Shown: positions 40,001 through 47,645 of the stretch, piece after piece
Position numbering within the stretch: position 1 is the first letter of the stretch
Layout of the letters: each line of letters begins with the position of its first letter
DNA from: Candidatus Kapaibacterium sp.
GTDB lineage: Bacteria > Patescibacteriota > Patescibacteriia > UBA9934
Direction: 5' to 3'
Length of the DNA stretch: 64,000 bases
NCBI GenBank assembly: GCA_044350705.1
Contig: JBILHA010000001.1
Location: forward strand, 426,676 to 490,675
Program-made: the position numbers and the translations under genes
Notes under the pieces: generated by a model
Seen by the model: the letters and a program-made list of their open reading frames with translations, nothing else
What the model was told of the DNA's origin: nothing
Databases searched by the model: none

Positions 40001-42984
40001 CGCTCATCGACTGTTCTCTTGAAGGCTCTAACATTCCTTCCCCGGAAACCTCCGGTGACTACACGCTCTACATTCTCGGTGCTGATGACGCAGACAACGA
40101 GGCATACGAGGAAGTGACCTTTACGTTCGCCGATCTTGAACGCCCGCATCTTCTTGGCGCAACAGGAACGGGTTTTGCCTATACCTCTTCAGAAATTGCT
40201 TTTGACTGGCAAGATTTTACCGATGCTGCAACGTCTGTAGGCTTTGAAACAGATGATGATGACCGGATGTCGGAAGCGATTCGCCTCCCCTTTCCGTTTA
40301 CCTTCTACGGGAACGTGTACGAATCGCTGTACGCTTCTACGAATGGATTCGTCACCTTTACCGGCGATCAAAGCGCTACCTACGATCCACCTGCACAGCC
40401 AGATTTTGGCATAGAAAATGAAACACATAACGTTATCGCGCTCAACTGGACAGACTTGTACTTTGGACAAGACAGTCAACTTGCGTACGAAGTCTTTGGT
40501 ACCGCGCCCAATCGCGTGTTCGTTCTTGAATATCGCGACTTTGAAGAATGCTGCGATCAGGATATCAACCGCGTCACCATGCAACTTCATTTGCACGAAT
40601 CTACACATGTTATAGAAATGTACATTGATGAATCCGATGTCTCACCTGACCACCTTATGGTGCAAGGCGTTATCGATAGCCAAGGCACACAGGCGGTTCT
40701 CACTCCCGAGCGTAACTCGGTACTCTCCACAGCTCTTACACATGATGCTGTTCGCTTTACTCCAATTGCTGTCCCTAATTACGTTCGCTCTGGCGATGTT
40801 CTTCTTGGGCGATGGGATCCGAGTGATTTTCCTCGAGAAATTTATTCGGTTCAGTTCGTTGTTTCCGAATTTTATGGTGAAGAAATGATTACTGCGGCAG
40901 GGTTTAACGACGAAACTGGTTACTATGAAGCTGAACTGAGTGAAGACCTTCTCGCGCAAGATCAAGATGATGCACTCTTTTTTATACGAGTTACTGATAT
41001 TTCCGATACCGTCTCTGAAATTTGGAGTGAAACCTATAATATCGATACGTACATTCCCGATGACTTTTCTGTTTCGGACATTGAGGTTCTTGGTGGCACT
41101 GTCAATGAAGAAGAATGGAATGCAACAAATACGAGCATTGAGATTACCGTAACCATTCCTGAAGATAACAGTCTTATTGGCGGCAATCTCTATATCTTCT
41201 CTGATAACGACGAAGATGATCGCTGGATTGCGGTTGAAGATCTTTCCGCTGAAGATCTTGGTACCGATAAAGTAGTTACTCTCACCGCGGAAGATCTTTA
41301 TGACATTCCCCTTCTTGCGGAATGGGAATATTTTGAGCTCTATGCAGTACTTCAAGACAATGCGGGAAATTATCTTGAAAGCGATGACGAACGCTTCCGA
41401 GTGTACATGACGGAAGATGACATCTTCCCCACTCTTTCTCTCATTGGAGGAGATGATGTGTATATAACCCTTGGAGAGACTTACGAAGAACTCGGCGTGT
41501 ACGCAGAAGACGCTGTGGATGGTAATATTTCTCATGATGTACTTATTACAGGCTCGGCAGATACCTCTCGCGTTGCAAATTATCCCCTCAGTTATTTCGT
41601 TGAGAATTCACGTGGAATAATTTCCGAAATTGTCACTCGAGATATCATCGTTCTTCCTGAAGATTCTTCCGATTTCTTTATTGGATATAACGATGAAACG
41701 CGTATTCATGTTTCTCAAACCTCAACTTCTTCCGTGCAATTTACCGATCTTTGGAACGAAGGCGATCCTTCGTTTATCACCCCTGGTATTACGATGATCA
41801 CTGCACAGTCAGCTATCGGTGTACTTGAAATTGTCATGCCAAGCGACATGACGGTTACCCCAAGTGGTGATTTCGATGGCTCCATGATGCTTCCCCGTGC
41901 ACTTACCGAAGAAGATCTCGCCCTTCCTTCGGGCGCACCGCTTCATGCCGCATTTGAAATTGGACTCTCGGAAAGCTCTCTCGTCTTTGATCGAGGTATT
42001 CGCATCCTCTTCCCCGGACAGGGCAATCGCCTTGCGGGAACGCAACATCTTGGAGTCTTTACCCCTATTTCCACTGTTTGCGATGCTGATACCCAAGACT
42101 TTGCAGACACTCTTCCTGAAGAGGGTGATTGCGCCATAACCGTTGGTGAGGACTTGGTTGTTTGGACAAAACATTTCAGTGCTTTTTCGGCATACGGCGA
42201 GGGAGAAAGCGATGACACTCCCGCGCCACGCTCAAGTAATGCTCGTCGATATTCGTGGCGTCAATCTCCTCAAAAGCCTACGGGCGGATGCCAAGATCCT
42301 CGTGCTGAAAATTTCGATCCCACCGCACGTCATGGAGGAAAGAAGCTCTGCACCTACGCATCCCCCAGTCCCGCGCCTATTATCCTACCCCCAACATCCA
42401 ATGCCTCACTCCCCTCACTCCCCTCACTCCCTACACCCACCACCCCCTGCCCCTACACCCGAACCCTTGTTCTCGGCATGGAAGGTGAGGACGTTCGTGC
42501 ACTGCAAGTGTTCCTCAATGCTCACGGGTTCCCTGTCGCGGCAATCGGTGCCGGATCACCTGGTTTAGAAACATTGTATTTTGGTCCCGCAACGCGTGCC
42601 GCACTTATTCGCTACCAAGCAAGTAACGGCATTGCTCTTTCGCAAGGCGCTGGCACGTTCGGCCCTCGCACGACCGCACTCGTTTGCGCGGGAACGACGA
42701 CATCTCCGACTCCCGCTTCTCCTTCGCCGGTATCATCATCATTCTTTACGCGCGATTTAACGCTTGGCTCTATGGGAGAAGATGTTGCCATTCTCCAGCG
42801 CACGCTCATTGCGAACGACTACGTTATTCCTGCAGGTGCTACCGCGTATTTCGGCCCACAAACCGCGCAGGCACTTGCTCAATTCCAGGAAGATCATGGC
42901 GTTTCGCCATCACTTGGCTTCTTCGGTGCACTGACTCGAGCATTTTTTGTCAATTCAATCCTTATTCATGCACTCATCCCTTAG
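37099..42984 (+). CDS. Giant acidic surface protein with NIDO-like, Ig-like, GLUG-like, DUF5011-like and two C-terminal peptidoglycan-binding domains
   Basis: Signal peptide after GTG 37099 (ORF open from 36877); repeated YA.G.V.G..VGG..G; PTLSLIGGDDVYITLGETYEELG..A.D..DG; RTL.LG..GEDV..LQ..L...FGP.T..AL..Q twice. Confidence 0.85.
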   Translation: MQKQTFLSAFFLGFFSALCTLLFPATTLAAPDYLTDGSELLFPYSFLEPETSWRIDTSTTGSATITSISPDFVGPSDTGVLSTEGWTEGISESIDDGFFPVPLPESIFFNGSSTDTVWFGSNSYIFFDGGSTEYESLTFDNPARAGISLCANDHSYQRLLYRTEVGTNNVRVRYEGTASTIGDIGLPDIVYEAVFYEGESYFDLHVGHHAGCNGSVLDPEIRGRTSEDYILTASTGTWSYSDAPLDFSYQWLRYNNDTSTWDEISGATSQQYLLTPDDAGVAITVEVVSFDPESGPSGRTAEPTAPITEVHLISTCEELQASDDGLHGLPSDVYRLANSIDCTGVEMDPLWPSGFSGVFDGDEYTISGISLSGGDNTALFSNSDGAEFFDLTLSGSVASTGHYTGALVGEAYNTSFSNITSTVEIYAGANHVGGIAGFAHYDTDGTYTLTNLSVEADIYLPLHGSSIGGIFGYLGEGIDGTEISVTLDNAQFVGSISGDNEGGYQLTEVGGLIGYVQIYKDNDGDHHFTIQNSSTSGSGISAYFSAGGLVGRLVSENYTSSFTRERSPSTISILSSSSSMPIQVSSSRGGGLIGYVHMYNEGVSDQAISFDDTSATGNVTGGIFAGGLLGTIDINIQNSGASNTLDITNSFATGAVTGSGFIGGFLGGSYDEHNDIFVAGTERSVTFTNTYATGDVVGSLDSDDVYFVGGFAGSLYCTSSDIREGQKVCEIHESYASGDVTGNLLGGSWNVGGFFGALSDSITLRDSYAQGDISGYQHVGGFAGVVQEAYDGMSIERVYSSGMVASSELNSYALGGLFGYTDNTFITLRNAFTTSPVVDALTGATQLGMCVGSMGTEIFIENTEYVAGSYSGSGGGDLDGCTSVDDASYFYQSDYSFLSSWDFSIVWRENPDQLPTLRASSEEMGDITPPTLSLIRPLSDTIVVDWDPSVDWGDSAACSYSYDDEVYTLIDCSLEGSNIPSPETSGDYTLYILGADDADNEAYEEVTFTFADLERPHLLGATGTGFAYTSSEIAFDWQDFTDAATSVGFETDDDDRMSEAIRLPFPFTFYGNVYESLYASTNGFVTFTGDQSATYDPPAQPDFGIENETHNVIALNWTDLYFGQDSQLAYEVFGTAPNRVFVLEYRDFEECCDQDINRVTMQLHLHESTHVIEMYIDESDVSPDHLMVQGVIDSQGTQAVLTPERNSVLSTALTHDAVRFTPIAVPNYVRSGDVLLGRWDPSDFPREIYSVQFVVSEFYGEEMITAAGFNDETGYYEAELSEDLLAQDQDDALFFIRVTDISDTVSEIWSETYNIDTYIPDDFSVSDIEVLGGTVNEEEWNATNTSIEITVTIPEDNSLIGGNLYIFSDNDEDDRWIAVEDLSAEDLGTDKVVTLTAEDLYDIPLLAEWEYFELYAVLQDNAGNYLESDDERFRVYMTEDDIFPTLSLIGGDDVYITLGETYEELGVYAEDAVDGNISHDVLITGSADTSRVANYPLSYFVENSRGIISEIVTRDIIVLPEDSSDFFIGYNDETRIHVSQTSTSSVQFTDLWNEGDPSFITPGITMITAQSAIGVLEIVMPSDMTVTPSGDFDGSMMLPRALTEEDLALPSGAPLHAAFEIGLSESSLVFDRGIRILFPGQGNRLAGTQHLGVFTPISTVCDADTQDFADTLPEEGDCAITVGEDLVVWTKHFSAFSAYGEGESDDTPAPRSSNARRYSWRQSPQKPTGGCQDPRAENFDPTARHGGKKLCTYASPSPAPIILPPTSNASLPSLPSLPTPTTPCPYTRTLVLGMEGEDVRALQVFLNAHGFPVAAIGAGSPGLETLYFGPATRAALIRYQASNGIALSQGAGTFGPRTTALVCAGTTTSPTPASPSPVSSSFFTRDLTLGSMGEDVAILQRTLIANDYVIPAGATAYFGPQTAQALAQFQEDHGVSPSLGFFGALTRAFFVNSILIHALIP

Positions 42985-43015
42985 CATTCCCCTCACCTCG
43001 TCATCCGCATCTACG

Positions 43016-43047
43016 AAATATCCGCCCTGATAGGCGGATATTTTTTT
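43016..43047 (+). terminator. Intrinsic terminator
   Basis: AAATATCCGCC-CTGATA-GGCGGATATTTTTTT. Confidence 0.75.
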
Positions 43048-43200
43048 CATGAGGTACAGGTCCTTCACATCAAAACAAACTTCATGAAACATCGTCTTCA
43101 ATCTATATCACACTCTTTCACCTTCTTCTTGTCACGAAAACGCTCGGACAAGGTAGTCCCCACGTGGGACACCTCATCCGAGCGTACGGCTGGTTGCACT

Positions 43201-43653
43201 TCAGCTTTTTTTGTCAACTCGGTCGCTGAGCGCAAACCATGCCAGAGCGACGTCCAGATTGTATTCAATGAGCACGAGGCGCTTGCCTCGGTACTCACGC
43301 TCTTCCCCTTGCTTCGACACGCCTCGCAACGCTGCGGGAAGCGGTGGCACTCCCCACTGCTTTTCTGCCCCGGCATCGAGCGCGTATCCAATACAAGGAA
43401 CACCTAGCCGCCTGTCCGCGCCCGCAGTACATGGGAACTCGGCGGATCCTGCCCGCAGCACCGAGAGTCGCACCCTTTCCTCTCCTCGCGGAGGGGTCCG
43501 AGAGAAAAGCTCAGGAAATCGCCCGGCGATGTCTTGCCCTAGGTCACTCCCAAGATCAATCAACATCAGCTCATACAGTAATGCTCGCTCCCCCTCTCCT
43601 CTACAATCCCCCAATGCATCTGCAAAAGCTTGCCAACGTATAGATCGATACAC
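43201..43653 (-). CDS. Hypothetical protein
   Basis: AAGGAGAGG SD before GTG; 150 aa; no recognised motif. Confidence 0.4.
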   Translation of the reverse strand: MYRSIRWQAFADALGDCRGEGERALLYELMLIDLGSDLGQDIAGRFPELFSRTPPRGEERVRLSVLRAGSAEFPCTAGADRRLGVPCIGYALDAGAEKQWGVPPLPAALRGVSKQGEEREYRGKRLVLIEYNLDVALAWFALSDRVDKKS

Positions 43654-43793
43654 GGCACCTCTCCTTTATCGCTTTTCAGCGACTATGGAGTATAGCTGAT
43701 CCGCGCGAAAAACAACAACCGCAAAAAGCACTTTTTTTGAATTTGTCGGAATATTTCCAGATCCATGGTTTGAGACGCCTTTTTGTACACAAT

Positions 43794-43826
43794 AAAAAAG
43801 GCCCATCACATGGATGGGTCTTTTTT
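43794..43826 (-). terminator. Intrinsic terminator, probably the original tRNA-Glu terminator displaced by integration
   Basis: AAAAAAGGCCCATC-ACATG-GATGGGTCTTTTTT directly abutting TGGTGAC (reverse complement of the tRNA 3' GTCACCA). Confidence 0.7.
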
Positions 43827-44005
43827 GGTGACCCCGAAGCGAGCCAGCATGAACTACGTCGCCAAGTTAGAGGAGCTCGTGCCGTTTATCATGGCATGGA
43901 ATGGGGACGTTTCTCGGTTTTTACAGCGTCCCCGCGCATTGCAGCGTGTTGCGGTGACGTACTGAACGGGCGTAGAATGGAGACAGTAACCCTCAACAAA
44001 ACAGT

Positions 44006-44197
44006 ATGACCCTCGACGGCGAAAGCAACATCAGCGACGTAGTACAGAACTTGCCCCAAGCAGCGCAACGCCCCGCAGATGCACCCGCAGGCACCGTGGT
44101 GACGGCGAACGGCCAGCGCGTGACCTTGGGGGAGGAAGGGCATCACAACGCCGCTATCTCCTCCCCTCAACAGGGCATGAACCTCACGGAGAAGTAG
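44006..44197 (+). CDS. Small hypothetical protein (element cargo)
   Basis: 63-aa ORF directly upstream of the HTH gene. Confidence 0.35.
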   Translation: MTLDGESNISDVVQNLPQAAQRPADAPAGTVVTANGQRVTLGEEGHHNAAISSPQQGMNLTEK

Positions 44198-44221
44198 AAC
44201 AGAGCCAAAGAAAGCCAAGAT

Positions 44222-44632
44222 ATGACCAACCCTGCAATAAAAGAGCAGTTCGTAGAGCTTCGTGCCCAAGGCATGAGCTTTGCGGCTATTGCGGAGCGTC
44301 TTGGCGTTGCAAAGTCCACCCTCATCGCATGGAGCAAGGAGGCGGAGAATGACATCGGCAACCTGCGACAAATCTACGCGGAGGCACTACGAGAGAAATA
44401 CCGCATTGGAGCAGAGCGGCGGGTAGAGCTCTTTGCCAAGCAGCTCGATGCGGTGGAGGGAGAACTTACGAAACGCGACATGGCAACCATCCCGACAGAA
44501 CGCCTCTTTGACATGCTCTTGAAACTCGGACGCGAGATTGGCATCAACCCGCCCATGACCTTCAAGCAGAAAAAAATCGGTGCTGACTTCGATTTTGCCG
44601 ACCTCGCACCGACGGCAGAATGGCAGGCGTAG
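44222..44632 (+). CDS. Helix-turn-helix DNA-binding protein
   Basis: FVELRAQGMSFAAIAERLGVAKSTLIAWS HTH followed by a helical domain. Confidence 0.75.
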   Translation: MTNPAIKEQFVELRAQGMSFAAIAERLGVAKSTLIAWSKEAENDIGNLRQIYAEALREKYRIGAERRVELFAKQLDAVEGELTKRDMATIPTERLFDMLLKLGREIGINPPMTFKQKKIGADFDFADLAPTAEWQA

Positions 44633-44796
44633 GTTGTTAGGTTATCTCCCACTTTCTGACCGTTCCGCTACCAAAAGACGACCGCCCGAAAGGTAGCCGT
44701 CTTTTGATTGTTTGAGCAAAAAGAAGACGCGCCCACGAGCCGAGGGCACCCGTGGGTGGGCGTCTCCTTGCGGCTTGGGCGCGAGGGTGTGTGGCG

Positions 44797-45354
44797 TCAG
44801 TAGAGCTCGACGAGGCGGTCGTGGATGCGGCGCAAGGCGACTTCTCCACCGCAGCGTTCCGTGATGACCACGCCTCGCACCTCGCCGCGCTCGATGGCGT
44901 TCACGAGGGGCGGTCGATGGTTGCGGTCGAGGTTGCAGTCGCACGAGACGATGTACACCGCCATCTGCTTCCCGAGCTGCTTCGCGAACGCCAGCGGAAC
45001 GTCGAAGCTCGACACCCCGACGTAGACGAAGGCCAGCCCGTAGCCGTTCGCGTCCACCCCGTCCGCGATGCCCTTCATGATGCCCGCCGCTTCGCCCATC
45101 TGCTCCACCGTGATGGGGGACACCATCACCACGAGCAGCGGCGGCGGTTCGAAGTAGCCGCTCTGCACGTGGATGGTGAGGTTGTCCTTCGGAGAGTAGG
45201 CGCCCGCCTCGATGCCGCGGACACTGTTGTACGTAGCGAAGAGCACGTTGCGGGGCGCATCCTTGACGGCTTGCGCGAGACCTTCACGAAGAAAATCGTC
45301 GATGGAAACCAGCGGGTGCATGGGCACCTCCATTCGCACATCCGTGGTACTCAC
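44797..45354 (-). CDS. Hypothetical protein (element cargo)
   Basis: 185-aa ORF; GGAGG before the internal MHPL start; TTGACG/TATTCT promoter-like motif upstream. Confidence 0.55.
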   Translation of the reverse strand: MSTTDVRMEVPMHPLVSIDDFLREGLAQAVKDAPRNVLFATYNSVRGIEAGAYSPKDNLTIHVQSGYFEPPPLLVVMVSPITVEQMGEAAGIMKGIADGVDANGYGLAFVYVGVSSFDVPLAFAKQLGKQMAVYIVSCDCNLDRNHRPPLVNAIERGEVRGVVITERCGGEVALRRIHDRLVELY

Positions 45355-45449
45355 GGAAGGGTCGATTTACGACGCATCAGAATACCACAAAATGGCCGCT
45401 TCGTCAATCGCAAGGCAGTTGTTTTCGTGATAAACTGGCCGTAATCTGT

Positions 45450-47123
45450 ATGCCCTCCGAAACCCTCCCCAGCCCATCCGAACGCGTGGCAGAGCTTGTA
45501 ACGCGTCTACAGGCACGATTTGGGAGGAAGGACGGGGAAAGTGACGGCGAGGAGGCAAAAGCCATTCGGTACGTCATATACGTCCGTAAAAGCACCGACA
45601 CGGCGGAAAAGCAGGAGCGGAGCATTGCCGACCAGACGGCAGAGTGTAAACAGCTTGCCGATCGCCTCGGCTTGCGGTGGGTGGACGTCATCCACGAGGA
45701 ACAGTCGGCCATGGTGTCCGACGGTCGCCCACTTTTCTGCGCCATGCTCAACGAGCTCAAACACGGCGACAGCTACGAGGGCATCATCGCGTGGGCACCT
45801 GACCGCCTTGCCCGCAACATGAAGGAAGGCGGCGAGATAATCGACATGCTCGACCACGGGGACATTCAAGACATCAAGTTCGCCAACAACTTCGTCTACA
45901 ACAACGACCCTTCGGGCAAAATGCTTCTTGGCATTGCGTTCATCATGGCGAAGCAGTACAGCGACCAACACTCGCAAAACGTCACCCGCGCCATTCGCCA
46001 CAAGACGGCAGAAGGCAAATGGGCAGGCAGTCACCTCAAACATGGCTACTGGAAAGATAAACTGCACTACCTGCGCCCCGACGGGGAGAACCACGAGCTC
46101 ATCAAGGACGTGTTTCGGATGCGCATTAAGGGCAAATCGCTCAAAGAGATAGCCGACCACCTCGTAGAACGCGGCTATCCTGTCCCAACTGTCCATACCA
46201 AGCACCGTGCATTGAAAATCGACGACAAGTTCGTGTCGGGCATTTTGCATGATGCCTTTTATGTCGGTGCCATGAAGTTCGGCGACCAGTACGAAAATCT
46301 CTTTGACAAGTATGACTTCGTGCCCGCTGTGTCCATGGACGACTACGAGAAGCTGTACGGGCAGGACGGCGGCAAGACGGGCATCAACCTCGCCAAAGTG
46401 TTTACACCGCGCGAGGAAACGCAGGCCGCCCTCATGCAGCAGTTCGCCATCTGCGGCCATTGTGGACACTTCCTGTCCACGGGTATTACCAAAAACCTCT
46501 ACTATCTGCGTTGCGACTACAAAAAGCAGGGTTGCCCGATGGGTGGCAAGTCAATCCGTGCAAAAGACATCCTCGCTCCACTCCTCGACTTTCTCAAACA
46601 CCACCCACTCCTCACCGAGAAGGGATACGAGCGCTACACGGCAGAAATGGCGAAAGTGTTGGCCGAGAAGGAAAAGGAGTGCGACAACACGCTCCGCTCA
46701 CTCATGGCGCAGAAGCGGCAGGCGGAAATGCGGGTCGAAGACATGAAGGAACTCATCCGCAGGGACAAGGGCGATAAGGTGCTTGAACGCGAATACAAAG
46801 CCGACCTCAAAATGCATATCGCAAAGGGGCAAGAACTCGGCAAAAAGATAGCCAAACTCAAAGCGCAGAAAGAGAACGCGAAAGACGCTATTGCCACCTA
46901 CGCAGAGTTTCATGAACTCTTCCAAAACATCGCTGAACTCATACCAAAAATGGACAACATGGCCGAGTTGGATTTCATCATCAAAAAACTCTTCATGAAC
47001 GTCACCGTCACCAACCAAAAAGTGACTAACATAACACAAAACTCCCCTTTCAGGGAGCTCTGTGGGACGCCGAACTCGGCGATGGTGACTCCACGGAGAA
47101 TCGAACTCCGATTTAAGGCTTGA
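45450..47123 (+). CDS. Large serine recombinase (resolvase, recombinase and Zn-ribbon domains)
   Basis: IYVRKST catalytic Ser, PDRLARN, HGY, CGHCG...YLRC....GC, coiled coil. Confidence 0.93.
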   Translation: MPSETLPSPSERVAELVTRLQARFGRKDGESDGEEAKAIRYVIYVRKSTDTAEKQERSIADQTAECKQLADRLGLRWVDVIHEEQSAMVSDGRPLFCAMLNELKHGDSYEGIIAWAPDRLARNMKEGGEIIDMLDHGDIQDIKFANNFVYNNDPSGKMLLGIAFIMAKQYSDQHSQNVTRAIRHKTAEGKWAGSHLKHGYWKDKLHYLRPDGENHELIKDVFRMRIKGKSLKEIADHLVERGYPVPTVHTKHRALKIDDKFVSGILHDAFYVGAMKFGDQYENLFDKYDFVPAVSMDDYEKLYGQDGGKTGINLAKVFTPREETQAALMQQFAICGHCGHFLSTGITKNLYYLRCDYKKQGCPMGGKSIRAKDILAPLLDFLKHHPLLTEKGYERYTAEMAKVLAEKEKECDNTLRSLMAQKRQAEMRVEDMKELIRRDKGDKVLEREYKADLKMHIAKGQELGKKIAKLKAQKENAKDAIATYAEFHELFQNIAELIPKMDNMAELDFIIKKLFMNVTVTNQKVTNITQNSPFRELCGTPNSAMVTPRRIELRFKA

Positions 47124-47157
47124 GAAGCCTCTGTCCTAACCGTTAGACGATGGAGCC
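47083..47157 (-). tRNA. tRNA-Glu (anticodon CTC)
   Basis: GGCTCCATCGTCTAACGGTTAGGACAGAGGCTTCTCAAGCCTTAAATCGGAGTTCGATTCTCCGTGGAGTCACCA; cloverleaf, encoded CCA. Confidence 0.95.
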
Positions 47158-47420
47158 TGAAATATATTGAGCCGTTCGCGTTTGATGCGATTCTTTATTG
47201 CCTTACGGATTATTCCCGATCTTTTTATCTGACGCTCACGTTTCGCTGCTTCGCTTTTTGTTGCAAACTCTTCTTTATGTATTACCCCATAAGGAGCATA
47301 CGGTGCAGATGAAATGACTTTTCCCGAGTTATGTATCGCGAGTCTCTCTTCAAGATTTGCGGTATGGCCAATGTACCATCGCCCATTCTTCTGACTTTCG
47401 AGAATGTACACGATATACAT
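47136..47420 (-). CDS. Small GIY-YIG nuclease (UPF0213/Slx1-like)
   Basis: YIVYILES..GRWYIGHT.NLEERL..HN.G....EAAKRERQIK; last codons and stop lie within tRNA nt 1-22. Confidence 0.9.
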   Translation of the reverse strand: MYIVYILESQKNGRWYIGHTANLEERLAIHNSGKVISSAPYAPYGVIHKEEFATKSEAAKRERQIKRSGIIRKAIKNRIKRERLNIFQAPSSNG

Positions 47421-47434
47421 ATCGAGATTTGTCC

Positions 47435-47511
47435 CCGGCTACTTCGGCACGCATGTCTTTGCCGAAGGCCGGGTCCGGCCGTCCGGTTTTTATCTTTCCG
47501 GACGTAGCCGG
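47435..47511. other. Perfect four-way-junction palindromic structure
   Basis: CCGGCTAC/GTAGCCGG closing TTCGGCA/TGCCGAA, GGCCG/CGGCC and GTCCGG/CCGGAC with no unpaired junction bases. Confidence 0.8.
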
Positions 47512-47556
47512 ACTAACCGTTAGACGATGGAGCCCGAATGGCATCTGACGTGCGCC

Positions 47557-47585
47557 AAGATACCATCTCTTCTTTGTTTTCGCAA
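47557..47585 (-). promoter_or_regulatory. Sigma-70 promoter for the tRNA-Glu locus
   Basis: TTGCGA-17 nt-TATCTT with TG extension, upstream of the 22-nt tRNA 5' fragment. Confidence 0.65.
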
Positions 47586-47645
47586 GCCATAATCCTCCAC
47601 AGGATTCTCTCGACCAAATACGCTTATCTGCTATAACAGAAGCCT

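Larger units (their letters stand above)
43826..47092. mobile_element. ~3.3-kb integrative element with large serine recombinase, inserted at the tRNA-Glu 3' end
   Basis: Direct repeat TGGTGAC(C/T)CC at 43826-43835 and 47083-47092; recombinase ORF runs into the tRNA; codon usage visibly more C-ending. Confidence 0.75.
47136..47534 (-). mobile_element. GIY-YIG mini-element flanked by a 22-bp duplication of the tRNA-Glu 5' end
   Basis: CTAACCGTTAGACGATGGAGCC identical at 47136-47157 and 47513-47534. Confidence 0.7.

Noticed and set aside
45507-46469. Long antisense ORFs (also 1017-1769, 30805-31683, 40642-41535)
   Set aside because: Shadows of well-supported genes on the opposite strand, with no motifs of their own
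47513-47534. Second tRNA gene, or 5' exon of an intron-split tRNA
   Set aside because: Only 22 nt; a complete tRNA exists downstream, and no group I/II intron core is recognisable in the 377-bp insert
47560-47645. glmS ribozyme upstream of glmS
   Set aside because: Intergenic space is short and occupied by divergent promoters; no ribozyme core seen
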